64,000 nt of DNA, taken from the NCBI RefSeq assembly GCF_020745735.1, contig NC_083413.1, forward strand, positions 97,226,796 through 97,290,795, read 5' to 3'. The position numbers and the translations under genes were made by a program. Positions 34,490-48,274 of the stretch are shown here, piece by piece (the stretch's first letter is position 1; each line of letters begins with the position of its first letter). Source of the stretch: Hemiscyllium ocellatum (lineage: Eukaryota). The notes under the pieces were generated by a model. The model was given only the letters and a program-made list of their open reading frames with translations, made no database searches and had not been told where the DNA came from.

Positions 34490-35365
34490 GAATGACATTA
34501 AGAGTGACATCAGTGATACCTCCATCGTTGGAAACCCATCTTGTTCACTCAGTCCCCTTCCTCCAGGAAAGCCCTTCATGTGCCTCCAGAACCTGGGCAA
34601 TTAGGGATGGGGAATAAATGCTGACCTCGGCAGTAATGCACACATTCAGTGTGTAAGAAGAATCACATTTCAATCAGTGAGTGAAATGCTCTTGTTTAAA
34701 GAGGGCAGCTCCTACTCTAGAGAACAGAAGAACAGCTCTGAGATATATTTTCACACATGGAATAAACTGGCTCGATGTAGCATTGGTTGAAATCATTTGT
34801 GATCGTGTGATGGGGCTCATGGTATTTGAGTGGGCAGCATTGTTGCTGGGAGATTCCAGATTCTGTTTTTTTGTTATTTCATTATGATGTACTAAACAGC
34901 AATACTCCTTCATAATTGGGATTAAAAATGTTACTGTAATTAGTTTGTTCATTGTTAGAGTTTTGACACAAAGCTGAGCAATGCTGTCCTGTCAATCTCC
35001 CAAAGGAGCTTTCAGGCAGTGTAAGGCAGCATCTCTGGGGATGCATCAGCTCAGAGTTTCAAACAAGGAGCTTATCAGCTGCCTGAAGGGACAGATCGCC
35101 TCACATGGAAAAATGCATCAACCAACTCAGCAGGTGGAGAAGGTGTTCCACACCATCCTTGCTATTATTGGCATTCCTGATGTGGCATTAAGACATTTGG
35201 ACTTGGTTTGATCTGCTGCTGATCTGCTCTCTAGTTTTACCTTTTGAACAACAACGTCGCCATCTCATTGACTGGTCAGCCATATCCAGATCCCAGAACA
35301 GTGATAACAATCCAGTAAGCAGCATTCATGGTACAATTTTCCATTGACAGAGACTCCCAAAGTCA
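34490..35365 (+). repeat. Local duplicated segment, copy A (partner about 51640-52520)
   Basis: Collinear, about 80 percent similar by eye, offset about 17.16 kb. Confidence 0.85.
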
Positions 35366-36074
35366 CTGCTGCTGCAGAATTTCCTGACTTTAGTATTCTG
35401 TCATCTGTTCTGGTTTCATATGTTCTGAAGGTATGAAGGGAGATCATGCAACTTCGATCTGAAGAAGGGTCTCTGGACTTGAACCATTAACTCTGCTTTG
35501 CCTCTCACAGATGCTTGCCAGAGCTGCTGAACAATTTCATTTTTTTAATATACAAATGAAGTCTGTGTTCACAAGAATTTTGAAGGATGATCTGAGTGAA
35601 GTCCTCCAAGACATTAACAGAAAAGGATAAGTGATTTCCATTGGCTGGCAATTCTCTAACGAGGGGACACAGTCTGAGAATGAGAGCCAGAGCATTCAGG
35701 AGAAATGTTAGGAAGCACTTCTACATACAAAGGATGGGAGGGGTTTGGAACTCTCTTCCACAAACGATAGTGGATACTGGAACTGTTAGTCAGTTTAAAT
35801 GAGAAAGTACTTTTTAAACAAAGGAACTGAAGGATAGACGTGTTTTGATTTGTAAAGCTACATCCATCTACCATGCCTCCCAGAAATGTTCTCGTTCTCA
35901 CAGTCCCTGGTTAGAGAATTCAAATCTTGACAGATTGTCTGCCTGGTCTTTGTACGTTTTGGTGTTTGTCATGTATAGATGTGTGGATTTACAGTGCAAG
36001 TATCACCACAGTGCAAACACTCACCTGCTGTCACTAAGGGAGCCCTGTATGCTCTGTTATACTGCACTTAGTCA

Positions 36075-37260
36075 TAGTGATGTACAGCATGGAAACAAAC
36101 CCTTCGGTCCAACTCATTCATGCCAACCAGATATCCTAACCTAAACTAGTCTCATTTGCCAGCACTTGGCTGGTATCCCTCCAAACCTTACTATTCATAT
36201 ACTGGTCCAGATGCCTTTTAAATGTTGTAATTGTACCAATCTCCATCACTTCCTCTGGTAGCTCATTCCACACACACACCATCCTTTATGTGAAAAAGTT
36301 GTCTCCTAAGGTCCATTTTATTATCTTTCCCTCTCACTCTAAGTCTATGCCCTCTCTCACCCCAGGGAAAAGACTTTGTCCGATCCATGCCCCTCATGGT
36401 TTCATGAAACTTGAGAAGCCTCCGACGCTCCAGGGAAAACATCCCCAGCCTATTTCAGCCTCTCCCTACAGCTCAAATCCTCCACTCTGGCAATATCTTT
36501 GTAAATCTTTTCTGAACCCTTTCAAGATTCACGACATTCTTCGATAGGAAGGAGACCAGAATTGCACATGGCCTAACCAATGTCCTGTTCAGCCTCAACA
36601 TGACCTCCCAATTCCTATACTCAGTCCTCTGACCAATAATGGAAAGCATACCAAATGCCTTCTTCACTATCCTATCTGCTTGCAACTCTATTTCAAAGAA
36701 CTATGAACCTGCACTCCAACGTCTCTTTGTTCAGCAACACACCCTTACGAACAAGTGGGTATGTCCTGCTCTGATTTGCTTTTCCAAAATGCAGGACCTC
36801 ACATTTATCTAAATTAAACTCAAACTGCCACTCCTCAGTCCATTGGCGCACCTGATCAAGATCTCATTGTAATCTGAGGTAAACTTCTTCACTGTCCACT
36901 GCACCTCCAATTTTGTTGCCATCTGCAAACTTATTAACTATACCTCCTACGTTTGCATCCAAATCATTTATATAAACAATGAAAAACAGTGGATTCAACA
37001 CTGATCCTTGTAGCACACCACTGGTCACAGGCCTCCAGTCTGAATAGCAACCTTACACCACCACCTCTTGCTTTTAAGCCAATTCAAATGGCTAATTCTC
37101 CCTGTATTCCATATGATCTAAGCTTGCTAACCAGTATCCCATGGGGAACCTTGTCAAACACCTCACTGAAGTCCATACAGATCCCGTTCACCGCTCTGCC
37201 CTCATCAATCCTCTTTGTTATTTCTTCAAAAAAAAAAGTCAGTCAAATTCATGTGACATG
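36075..37260 (-). mobile_element. CR1-type LINE fragment
   Basis: DRIVKKAFGMLSIIGQ..VVNLERVQKRFTK and RT motifs. Confidence 0.9.
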
Positions 37261-38684
37261 ATTTCTGACACACAAAACAAACCATTGCTACTTTAAAATT
37301 AATAGAACTTTGGTCACTGGCCCCAAAGTGCTCCCCCACTGACACCTCAGTCACCTGTCCTCAGTCTGTTACTATTGTGATAGGCTGTTTCATTGCTGTG
37401 AATTTGAATTAAAATGAGAAAATCCTGGACTGACTGGACGCTGCTCCTCAATCAGGTAGTTAGTGGGGCAGGATGACAGGACACCGAATTTATAGTAAAT
37501 TCTGTGTCCCATGATCTTGCCCAACTAGCTACCTAATGAAGCTCTTGAAAGCTAGTGTGCTTCCCAATAAACCTGTTGAACTATAAACAGATGTTGTGTG
37601 ATTTTTTTAACATTGGCCACCCCAGTCGAACACTGACACATCTATGTCCTCATAGAATCCCTACAGTGAAACTGGCCGTTTGGCCCAATAAGAACACACC
37701 AAATGAATCTGATTGATTCATTCATTGATTTGAGTGAAGGGATATTTCAGCACCTTCTTCAGTTGCTGCCTGAACTTTGTCAGGATCATGGCAAAAATGC
37801 CATGCAGCAATTGAGAAACTGCATCATGAATCAAGGACAATTCATGTAGATACGTAGACCAATAGCCTATCACAAACATTTGGCTCCATATTGAATACAT
37901 TGTTAACACTAACAGTAACAAGATGGATTTACTTCAGCCTTTGTATCTCGGTGTCCCTGTGAGACTCTCCACTGGTCTCCTGTGGGCTCTGCTGGTCATT
38001 AACATGTGTCTGATGCTGAAAACATTGAGCAGCAGAATCAGGGGAAATTGGAAAGTCGGGTTAGAATGTGGTGGAGGAACTCAATTATGACCCAGACTGA
38101 AGAGTAATAAACACTGATTGTTACATCACAAAGCCAGGGGGTGTTATCCAGCCAATACCGAGCTGGGAGAATAAAATACCAGAAGATGTTCTTTAAACAG
38201 CTCAGCACAGTCGCTGTTCCCAGAGCAGTTTTCTAACGGCAATATTTAATTTTCAGCTTCTAGCAACAAATGGCCACAAATCAATCGAATATGAAAGTGA
38301 TGGCAAACCAGACAGGACCGTCCAACCGATATAAACCAGCACGACATAGATATTACACATGAGGATGCCCAACAGGAAATTGTTGTGTTCTCAATAATCA
38401 ATCAGAATGTTTCTCAATATCAGGTTGAGAATAACGACCAGTAGATCTGCCACTGCCATGGCCACCAGGTAACGGGTATCACATGGGGACAATCCACAAT
38501 CTTTATCAAGCACCATGAAGATCATCATTACATTACCTGTGAGGAAGGCAAACAAACAAATTATACCTTAATTTGGAGGCAAAGTTATGGTGCCTTAATG
38601 GTTAGTACTGCTGCCTCACAGTGCCTGGGACGTGGGCTTGATTCCAGTTTGGGTCAACCATCAGCAATAATTCTCCAGTAGATT

Positions 38685-38945
38685 AGATTACTTACATTGT
38701 GGAAACAGGCCCTTTGGGCCAACAAGTCCACACCGACCTGACGAAGCGCAACCCACTCATACCCCTACATTTGCCCCCTACCTAACACTATGGGCAATTT
38801 AGCATGGCCAATTCACCTGACCCGCACATCTTTGGACTATGGGAGGAAACCCACACAGACATGGGGAGAACACAGTCAGTCACCTGAGGCAGGAATTGAA
38901 CCCGGATCTCTGGCGCTGTGAGGCAGCAGTGCTAACCACTGTGCC
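38685..38945 (-). mobile_element. HE1-type SINE (in the GPCR intron)
   Basis: Tail tagattagattacttacattgtggaaacagg, HE1 core and tRNA-like head. Confidence 0.85.
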
Positions 38946-40299
38946 ACCGTACCATCCATGTGGAATTTGCACATTCTCCCTGTTTCTGCATGGGTTTGTA
39001 CTCAGTGCTCCAGTCCAAGAATGTGCAGGTGAGATGATTGTCCATGGTACAATGGTCAATCCCAGAGTGACAAGGATTGTGCAAGTTATTTGGATTAGTT
39101 CTGGGAAATGCAGGGATAGGGTGGGGGTGCTGGGCCTGAGGTCAGTGCAGACTTGAGGGGCAACATGGCATCTTGCACACTGTAAGGATTTTATTCTGTA
39201 ATTCTATGCCTCACAGCACTCTGAGAAAAGGAGAAAAATCTCTTCATCGCTGTAACCAATCAAAGTTGCCTTATTTCAGATAAAAAAAAGTGCCCTCTAG
39301 CTCTAGTCTCAATTTTAGTGTTTCTTGCAAAGAGTCACCCATGAAGGAAACATTGCTGCAGCTGTTCCCAGTTTTACTGAGATCACAGCTGGAGGACTGT
39401 ATGAGGCTTTATTTTATCTCCTTCCCTCAGAAAGAATTTAATTACATGAGAAAGTGTATGGACACAGCTCACTCAGTTGATTCCTGGGATGACAAGTTCA
39501 TCCCATGTGGAAATGTTGTGCAGTTTGGATGTATAACCTTTGAAGTTCACCAGAAATAGACATGATCATATTGAGGCATAACTGACCCTGAGAGGACTTG
39601 ACAGGGTGGATGCTGAGAGGATGGCTCCCCACGTGCGGGTGTGTAGAACTGTAGCATTTTTGAAAATGTGGCTTCTTCAATTCCAGACTGAAATGAGGAT
39701 GTATCTGATAATGTGTTGCCCAGAGAGCAGGGAAGGCTGAATTTGATAGATATTTGATCAACTAGACAGCCAGTGCTTATGTGGGTCATGTTTGAGGGGG
39801 TTGAATGGTCTACTTCTGTTTTTATTTGTTGTGCATCATGTCACAAATAGGAGGTGATTTGGTGCAAGGACAATCACTTTAAATGTAAGGGTGCTTCCAT
39901 TTTAGATTGAGATGAGAATGCTCCTTTGTCCTGAGGGATGTGCTAACTGTGGCATTCTCATCTGCAGGGAGAAGTCAAGATATTCAAGGCTTATTCAGTA
40001 GCTCCTTGATGGTCAAGGAAGCCTATGTTTATTGGGAACAGAGATGGACATGGAGTTCAGCCACAGTCAGATCAGCTCTGATCCGTCTGAATGGTGTAGC
40101 AGGGACTGAATGGCCAACTGGTGCTCCTACATCCCATGTAATGTCACACAACACGTCTCTCACTGAATTCCTCAAGGCTGTTACTGAAGCACAGGAATAC
40201 ACCATTCAGCCCCTCTAAAGAGTTGCACAGGAACTTGCATTCAGGACTTAGAGCGTACTGCACAGCGTACCAAGGGAAACAGCTATAGAGGAAACAGAG

Positions 40300-40960
40300 A
40301 AGAAAGAATAAAGAACAGTACAGCACAGTAACAGGCCCTTCGGCCCACCAAGACTGTGCTCACATTTGTTGCCTTTCCAAATGAAAAACCTTTTATCTTT
40401 TCATGGTCCATATCCCTTGATTCCCTACCTATTCAAGAAATTGCTATTGTATCCACATCCACCACTACGTTTCGGAAGCGCATTCCAGGCACTTATCACC
40501 ATCTGTGTAAAAAAGCTGTCTCACATCTCCTTTAAACTTTCCCTTCTTACCTTAAAACTACGGCCCCTTGTAATTGAGATTAGTATCCTGGGAAAAAGGC
40601 TCAGATTCTCCATTTTGTCCATGCCTCTTATAATTTTTTCAACTTCTTTCAAGTCGCCCCTCATCCATCAACATTCAAGTGAAAACAGTATAAGTTTGTC
40701 CAATCTTTCCTCATTGCTAATGCCTTCCAAACCAGGCAGCATCTTGGGAAACCAAAGCCTCCACATCTTTCTGGTAGTGTGGTGATCAGAAATATGCACA
40801 AAATTCCACATGTGGCCTAACTGAAGTTCTAGAAATGACTTACCAATTTCTATCCTCCACCCCCTGGCCAAGGAATGCAAGCATGCCATTTGCCTTCTTG
40901 ACAATCTTAACCATTTACATTGCTACTTTCAGGGAACTGTCGAACTGTAGCCTGGATCTC
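40300..40960 (-). mobile_element. CR1-type LINE 3' fragment
   Basis: MLPGLEGISNEERLDKL motif; (aacagt) tail repeats. Confidence 0.8.
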
Positions 40961-43409
40961 TCTGTTTGTAGATGCAGCTAAGATTGAGCTGTGTAGCATT
41001 ATCAGGAGCATGGACAGGATGGGTAGAACTAGATTGTTCACACTAATTGAAGGACCAAAAACAAGGCATACATTTCTAAAGTGAAAAGTAGGAGGCTTAG
41101 AAGGTTTCTGAGAGAGAAAACAATATCACTTCAAAGGTGGTAGGATTCTGGGATGCACTGACTGGGATGGTAGTTAAGAGTTGGGACCTCACAACCTGCA
41201 AAAAGTAAACATCTGAAGTGTCATAAAATTGAAGGATACATGCCTCATGTTGGAAAGTGAGACTTGTGTAGGTAGTTGAGTATTTGTGGCAAGATAGATT
41301 CGATAAGCCTCTTTGTATTGTTGATTCCATGATTCTAAGCCCTGAATTGAATGGTATGTTTGGTGATTCTATGGACAATGAAGAGGCAGAGAACTTGTAA
41401 GTGTCTGGAATCATAAGATCAGATTCAGAAAGGATGGGAGATATCCTTCCATAAAAGGGCATGAATGACCCAGAATATCTGCAACAATAAGTTGTTGTTA
41501 TTACTGAGTGTAGATTCGAATTAATTGAATTCAAAAATCACCAGCTGTTCTGGAGGGGATTTGAACCCACAGTAATAGCCTGGAGCTCTGATGGCAAATG
41601 CAGTGATATTATCTCAATCCCACTGGCTCCAAAAGTCAGCACCTCTGAGGGGGACACTTTATGTTTCTGGTCAAATTATTTGTGGCTGGAAGAGAATAGG
41701 AACAGTTGAATCTGGATGTAACAAAAGGGCAGATGATGGTTTGTTCAGGAGCTAGACTGAGACAAAAGGAGAGACTTGAGATATTGTGGAGTTGGTAGTG
41801 AACAGGATTGGTGCTGGAGAGAATATGGAAATAGATATCAGCTTAGAGCAAAAGTGCTTGTTGTTGTTGTGAACAGTTTGATTCCGCTTCAGCATTAAAA
41901 TTGTTTACTGAAAAATGTGTTGCTGGAAAAGCACAGCAGGTCAGGCAGCATCAAAGGAGCAGGAGAATCGACGTTTTGGGCATAAGCCCTTGTTTGGTAA
42001 GGAATGCAGTTTGTGGACAGAAATTATGGCAATGGCTTCCTTTTTTTCAGAATTTAATTAATGAGGACAGTAATTTAGTTCAACAAGGTTTATTGAATTC
42101 ATAGTCAGATAGAAAGACTTACCAGGAATAATAGTGAGTATAGGATAGAAACCAGCTTGAATCAGCCAAATTACACTCAAGATCCACCCAATCTTGAGAA
42201 AGATTGTAAAGATCCAAATATAAACTCCTGGTCCATGATTGGAACATTCCAGTGCATTGTTCTCAGACTCTGATCTCTTCCCTCCCTCCCTCCCTCTTGA
42301 GCTGTTGACCCTGGTTCGTGCTGAAAGTGAAGTTCCTACTGATACTGTGTGAGAACATTGTCAGAGCCCCTTATTAATAGGAAGTAAACCTTTTAGTGAA
42401 ACAATTTGATGCATGGAGACTGACATTAACTACAATCCCTGAACGAACAGGTTCAGTTAACCCCATTCAATCCAATTTGTTTTGTGCCATGTTAAATTAT
42501 AGCATTTGTTCAATCTAGATGGGATGTCTGAGTGTTTCTAAGGGATGGACACAGCAGCAAAGTGTTGTGGAATAGAATAGACATGGAAGGGTGGTCAGAG
42601 GACTGAAGAGTTTTTAATTACCATCTCTTTTCATAACCGAAGAGACAAACCCTGAAATAAAGAACAGCCAATACAATATTATCGAAATATTAGGGATACT
42701 TCCATAGTCTACATTTGGGAAGAATAATTTGTTCCTCAAAAACATTGGATTTACAAGAAGCAACTAGAACAGAGATGCAAATGGAAATCACGTGTCTGGA
42801 CAAGAAAGTACAATTTATTAAGCTAGTATCAGGGCAGGTCAATGAACATGGTGTTGTAGATTTTCTCAACAGGACCAAAATACAATCAAGGGTCATTTAA
42901 TAGACAGTATCAGAAAGCTGAGTTGGAAGGAGGGGAGAGTAAATATCCCACAACAATGGCTGACAAAGATAATTCCACATGATATCCGATTTAAAGTAAA
43001 ACCATGTTAAAATTATTACCTCACTCACTGAACCGCTCCACTTTCCCAAATGTCTATCCTCTTTAAGATGGTCCTCCAAATCTACTTAACATTCTTAACC
43101 TGACAATTCCTTCCAAGTCTGAGTATCAACTATGTTTTATTTGCCATCATAAGAGTGTTGGTGTGTATCTTGCTGCGATCCTGTGGCACTGAGAGATTGT
43201 GGTGTTGTGAATGAGATTAGTTACTCCAGACAATAGTGCTGTGTCAGGATAGTTTGTTTCAGCAGCATGATGTCAAATGGTCAGGGTGTCTGCGACTTAT
43301 TCTTAATGTTTATGTTAGTGTAATAATGAGGCATAAATACAGAGCTAGCTAAAGTGAATTCACAGATGTATTAGCGTACACTTAGAGATTATTTCGGAAT
43401 ACAGAACAT

Positions 43410-44200
43410 AGATAAGACACACAGAAAGTCAATGAGCTATACAGCATGAAACAGACCCTTCAGTCCAACTCCTCCATGCTAACAAGGGATCCGAAACTGA
43501 TATAGTCCCATTTGCTGGCATTAGGCTAATTTCTCTCTAAACTCTTCCTATCCATGTACTGATCCAGATGCCTGTTAAATGTTGTAACTGTACCAGCCTC
43601 TCCCACCTCCCCTGCCAATTCATTCCATACACGCACCACCATCTGCAGGAAAAAATGTTGCCCTTCAGGTTTTTTTTCAACTTTTCCTCTCTCAGCTTAA
43701 ACCTATTCCATCTATTTTTGGACTTCTCTCCCCTGGAGAAATGATCTTGGCTATTCACCCTATACATGCCCCTCATGATTTTATAAACCTCTATAAAGTC
43801 ACCCCTCAGACTCCAATGCTCTGGGGATGAATCCCCAGATTATTCAGCCTCTCCTTATAACTCAAACCCTTCAATTTTAGAAACATTTTTGTAAATACTT
43901 TCTGAACTTTTCAAATTTGACAATATTGTTCCTATTGCAGGAAGACCAGGACTGAACACAGTATTACAAAAGTGGCCAAACCAATGTCGTGTACAGCTGC
44001 AATATGATGTCCTAACTTCTATATTCAATGCACTGATCAATAAAGGTAAACATGCCAAAAGCCTTCTTCACCAGCCTGTCTACCTGCACCTCCACATACA
44101 AGGAGCTATGCCCCGTACCCCTCGGACACTTTGTTTGGCAATACTTCCAATGCCCTCCCATTAAGTGTATAAGACCTACTCTGGTTTGCTTTACCAATGT
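43410..44200 (-). mobile_element. CR1-type LINE 3' fragment
   Basis: DRLVKKAFGMFTFIDQCIEYRS and tail. Confidence 0.85.
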
Positions 44201-44628
44201 GTAAGGAATATTTCAAGGGATAGACTCACCATTCACGGGTTAATTTGAAATGTAAAGAAAAGAAAACATAATTGTGAATAGACAGACGTCAGGTCAGAGA
44301 TTGAACAGCATATCAAAAAATGAAGGAAGTACAATAAAAAATTAGAGTATGATAGAAAGTTCCACCAAACTGTAAAAGTTGTCGGTATAGTCATAAATAA
44401 ATAATGAAAAAAGACAAGTGTTGGACTGAAGGATTAACAAATGCTCGAAAAAAAGAAGGAAGTAGGTGTAGCTCTTGTAACAAAAGAGTGATTGCCATTC
44501 GCCCTAATCACATTGAATGGTAGAGCTGGCTCAAGGGGTTCAATGGCTTATTCCAGCTTTTATCATCTCTGCTTCTATATGACAGCTATCTTACATCTTT
44601 ACTGTCGATGAGAGGTGAGTGAGGATCC

Positions 44629-44669
<41 letters not shown>

Positions 44670-45609
44670 TGTGTGTGTGAAAGAGAGACAGAGCGAGGGA
44701 GAGAAAGAAAGGGAGAGATAGAGAGATAGACAGTGAGAGAGAGCGAGAAAGGCTGTGAGTCTATGTGTGTAAGTGTGTGTGAGGGTGCAAGTGGCTGTTT
44801 GTGTGTTTCTCTCTGCAAGTAATAGAGAGAGAGGGCCACCTGACAGTGTGATTGAAGAGTGAGCTTGTGAGAGTGTATGAGTGTGAAAGTATTTGTATAA
44901 GTAAGGTGAGAGTGAGGGTTTTGAAGATGTTTGAGTTTGTCAGAGTGTGAGCATATGTGTAATCCTTGGAGACCTGTAAGTGATTGGGAGTGAGCATGTG
45001 TATGTGAGAGTATGAGGATCTCTCGCATTGTCACACTGAAATACACACAGAATTAAAAACACAGTTCTGATCAACACACACATATGCACGTACACATGGG
45101 TATACACACATACACATATGTACATATTTGTATAAGGCATGCTGGCTTTCACAGAGAAAGGATTTGAATATAGGAGTAGGGTAGTCTTGCTACAGTAACA
45201 CAGGGCCTTGGTGAGGCCACACATAAAGTATTGTATCTAGCTTTTTCTCCTAGTCTGAGGAAGGACTGTCTTGCTATCGAAGGAGTCCAGTGAAGGTTCA
45301 CCAGACTGATTGCCAGAATGGCAGAACTGACATATAAAAAAAGACAGATTGACTGGGCTTGTACTCACTGGAATGTAGAAGAATGAGGAGGGATCTCATT
45401 AAAAAAAAACATAAAATCCTGATGGAACTGAATTGGCTAGGGCAGGAAGTATTTTCCCGATGGAGGGGAGTCCAGAACCATGGGTCACAGTCTAAGATAC
45501 TCACCCCTGGTCAATCGATGTGACAGAGGATAAAGGTCGACTGAGCCAGGTTTAAATACCCGCAGGTCTGTCACCCAAAGTCTATCTCCTCTAAATCCCA
45601 GTTGATCCA

Positions 45610-45743
45610 TGATTTGGAGATGCTGGTATTGGACTGGGGTGTACAAAGTTAAAAATCACACAACACCAGATTATAGTCCAACAGGTTTGATTGGAAGCAC
45701 TAGCTCTCGGAGTGCTGCTCCTTCATCAGGTAGTTGTGGAGTA
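45610..45743 (-). mobile_element. Second-family Penelope pLTR fragment with degenerate hammerhead
   Basis: Minus strand CTGATGAAGGAGCAGCACTCCGAGAGCTA; flanked by CAGTTGATCCA at 45599-45609 and 45744-45754. Confidence 0.75.
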
Positions 45744-46229
45744 CAGTTGATCCAGTCAGCTCCCATCTCTCTCTACCTGGAACACATTTCCCCCAGCTGT
45801 GGATCATACCAACAATCATCCTTGTGGATTAGAGAAGGGTGTTGGAGAAAACAACAAGTCAATGGTTTAACCCAGGTCAGTCCCTGTCCCTCACCACGGG
45901 TCTCTTGATGTGGAATACACACAGACACAAAGCTGCAGTTTCACATCTAGAACAGCCAGAGCACATGGTTTCAGCATAAATTGGAATTTTGCACAAGTTA
46001 CTGCAAGTTTGTTTCACAAATGATCACTGTCTGTGTGGAGTTTGCACATTCTCCCCATGCCCACCTGGGTTCCCTCACACAGTCCAAAGATATGCAGGTC
46101 AGGTGAATTAGCCATGTTAAATTACCCATAATGTTAGGTATATTCGTCAGAGGGAAATGGGTCTGGGTGGGTTACTCTTTGGAGGGTTGGTATGAAATTG
46201 TTGAGCCAAGTGGCCAGTTTCCAAATTGT

Positions 46230-48268
46230 AGGAATTGAATCTGATCGCCCCGTACCTTCCTTCAATCATCTTAAAATTGTGACTTCTTGGGAAACGTCTC
46301 TGTCCATCTACTCTATTTCTCTCATTACCTTGTACACTTCCATCAAGTCACCTCTCTTCCTTCTTCTCTCGAATGTGTAAAGCCGTAACTCACTCAACCT
46401 CTCTTCATGAGACAAGCCCTCCAATCCAGACAGCATCCTTTACTCTATCTACAGCACCACCGGCCTTTGTGTCATTGAAAAACTTACCAACCCACCCTTC
46501 CACTTCTTCATCCAAGTCATTTATATAAACACAAAGAGCAGAGGCCCAAAAACATATCCCTGTGGGATACCAATGGTCACCAACCTCCAGGTGGAATACT
46601 TTTCCATCCACTACCACTCACTGTCTTCTTTCCGCTGGCCAATTCTGTATCCAGGCAGCCAAATTTCCCTGTACTCCCTAATGTTCTGAATGAGCATACC
46701 ATGGGTAACCTTATCAGATGCCTTTCTGAAATCCACATATACCACATCCACTGCTTGATTGGTTTTGTGTGTGGGAAATCATGTCTCACGAGCTTGATTG
46801 AGTTTTTTGATGAAGTAACAAAGAGGATTGATGAGGGCAGAGAGCTGGACATGATCTCCATGGACTTCAGTAAGATACTCGACAAGGTTCCTCATGGAAC
46901 ACTGGTTGGAAGGTTAGGTTGCATCGAATACAGGGAGAACTAGCCATTTGGATACAACATGGTTCAAAGGCAGAAGACAGTGGTAGGACGGTTGCTTTTC
47001 AGACTGGAGGCCTTTAACCATTGGTGTGCCACAAGGATCTGTGCCGGGTCCATTAGTTTTCATCATTTATATAAATGATTTGAATGGGAACGTACGAAGT
47101 TTAGTTAGTAAGTTTGCAGATGACACCAAAATTTGAAGTATAGTGGATATCGAAGAAGGTTATTTCAGATTACAATGGCACCTTGACCAGATGGGCCAAT
47201 GCTGAAAATGTGTTGCTGGTTAAAGCACAGCAGGTCAGGCAGCATCCAAGGAACAGGAAATTCGACGTTTTGGGCCAGAGCCCTTCATCAGGAATGAGGA
47301 GAGGGTGCCAGGCAGGCTAAGATAAAAGGTAGGGAGGAGGGACTTGGGGGAGGGGCGATGGAGATGTGATAGGTGGAAGGAGGTCAAGGTGAGGGTGATA
47401 GGCCAGAGTGGGGTGGGGGCGGAGAAGTCAGGAAGAGGATTGCAGGTTAGGAGGGCGGTGCTGAGTTGGGCTGGGAACGGCAGATGAAGCTTAATTTAGA
47501 TAAATGTGAGGTGCTGCATTTTGGAAAAGCAAATCAGAGCAGCACTTGTACACTTAATAATAAGGTCTGAGGGAGTGTTGCTGAAAAAGAGACCTTGGAG
47601 TGCAGGTTCATAGTTGTTTCAAATTAGAGTCGCAAATTAGAGGATAGTGAAGAAGGTGTTTGATATGTTTTCCTTTATTGATCAGAGCATTGACTACAAG
47701 AGTTGGGAGGTGATTTGCAGCTGTACAGGACATTGGTTAGATCATTTTTGGAATATTGCATGCAGTTCTGGTCTCCTTCCTATCAGAAGGATGTTGTGAA
47801 ACTTGAAATGGTTCAGAAACAATTTACAATGATATTGCTAGTGTTGGAGAATTGGAGCTATAGGGAGAGGCTGAGTAGGCTGGGGCTGTTTTCCCTAGTG
47901 TATTGTAGCTGAGGGATGACTTTATAAAGGTTTATAAAATAATGAGGGGCATGGATAGGATAAATAGACACGGTCTTTTCCCTGGCATGGAGGAATCCGG
48001 AACTAGAGGGCACAGGTTTAGAGTGAGAGGGGAAAATATAAAAGGGACCTAAGGGGCAATGTTTTCATGCAGAATGAGCTGCTAGGGGAAGTGATGGAGG
48101 CTGGTACCATTGCAGCATTTAAGAGGCATCTGGATGGGTATATGAATTGGAAGGATTAAGCAGGATATGGGCCAAGTGCTGGAAAATGGAACTAGGTTAG
48201 GTTAGGATATTTAGTCAGCATGGACGAGTTAGACCAAAGGGTTTGTTTCCATGCTGTACATCTCGCTG
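46230..48268. mobile_element. Two CR1-type LINE fragments back-to-back (minus 46230-46755, plus 46756-48268), the plus copy carrying a Penelope pLTR fragment at about 47200-47468
   Basis: Both contain a DF(S/R)KAFDK-like motif in opposite orientation. Confidence 0.85.
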
Positions 48269-48274
48269 ACCTTC

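Larger units (their letters stand above)
37718..42236 (-). pseudogene. Two-exon GPR139-like GPCR pseudogene (exon 1 42236-42123; intron 42122-38537; exon 2 38536-37718)
   Basis: Exon 1 MDQEF..VIWLIQAGFYPILTIIP|gtaagt; exon 2 after ttcctcacag: NVMMIF..CGLSPCDTRYLVAMAVADLLVVIL..FD*FVAICC..KFRQQLKKVLKYPF. Contains stops and frameshifts, including CGA to TGA in the DRF motif at 38281-38283. Confidence 0.85.

Noticed and set aside
42440-43020. Faint resemblance to a class C GPCR (T1R/V2R) 7TM exon on the minus strand
   Set aside because: Similarity needs several frame changes and is limited to short words; the region is more simply the upstream flank of the GPR139-like gene.
46230-48268. A single CR1 with 5' inversion
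   Set aside because: Both arms contain the same RT segment, so two independent back-to-back insertions fit better.
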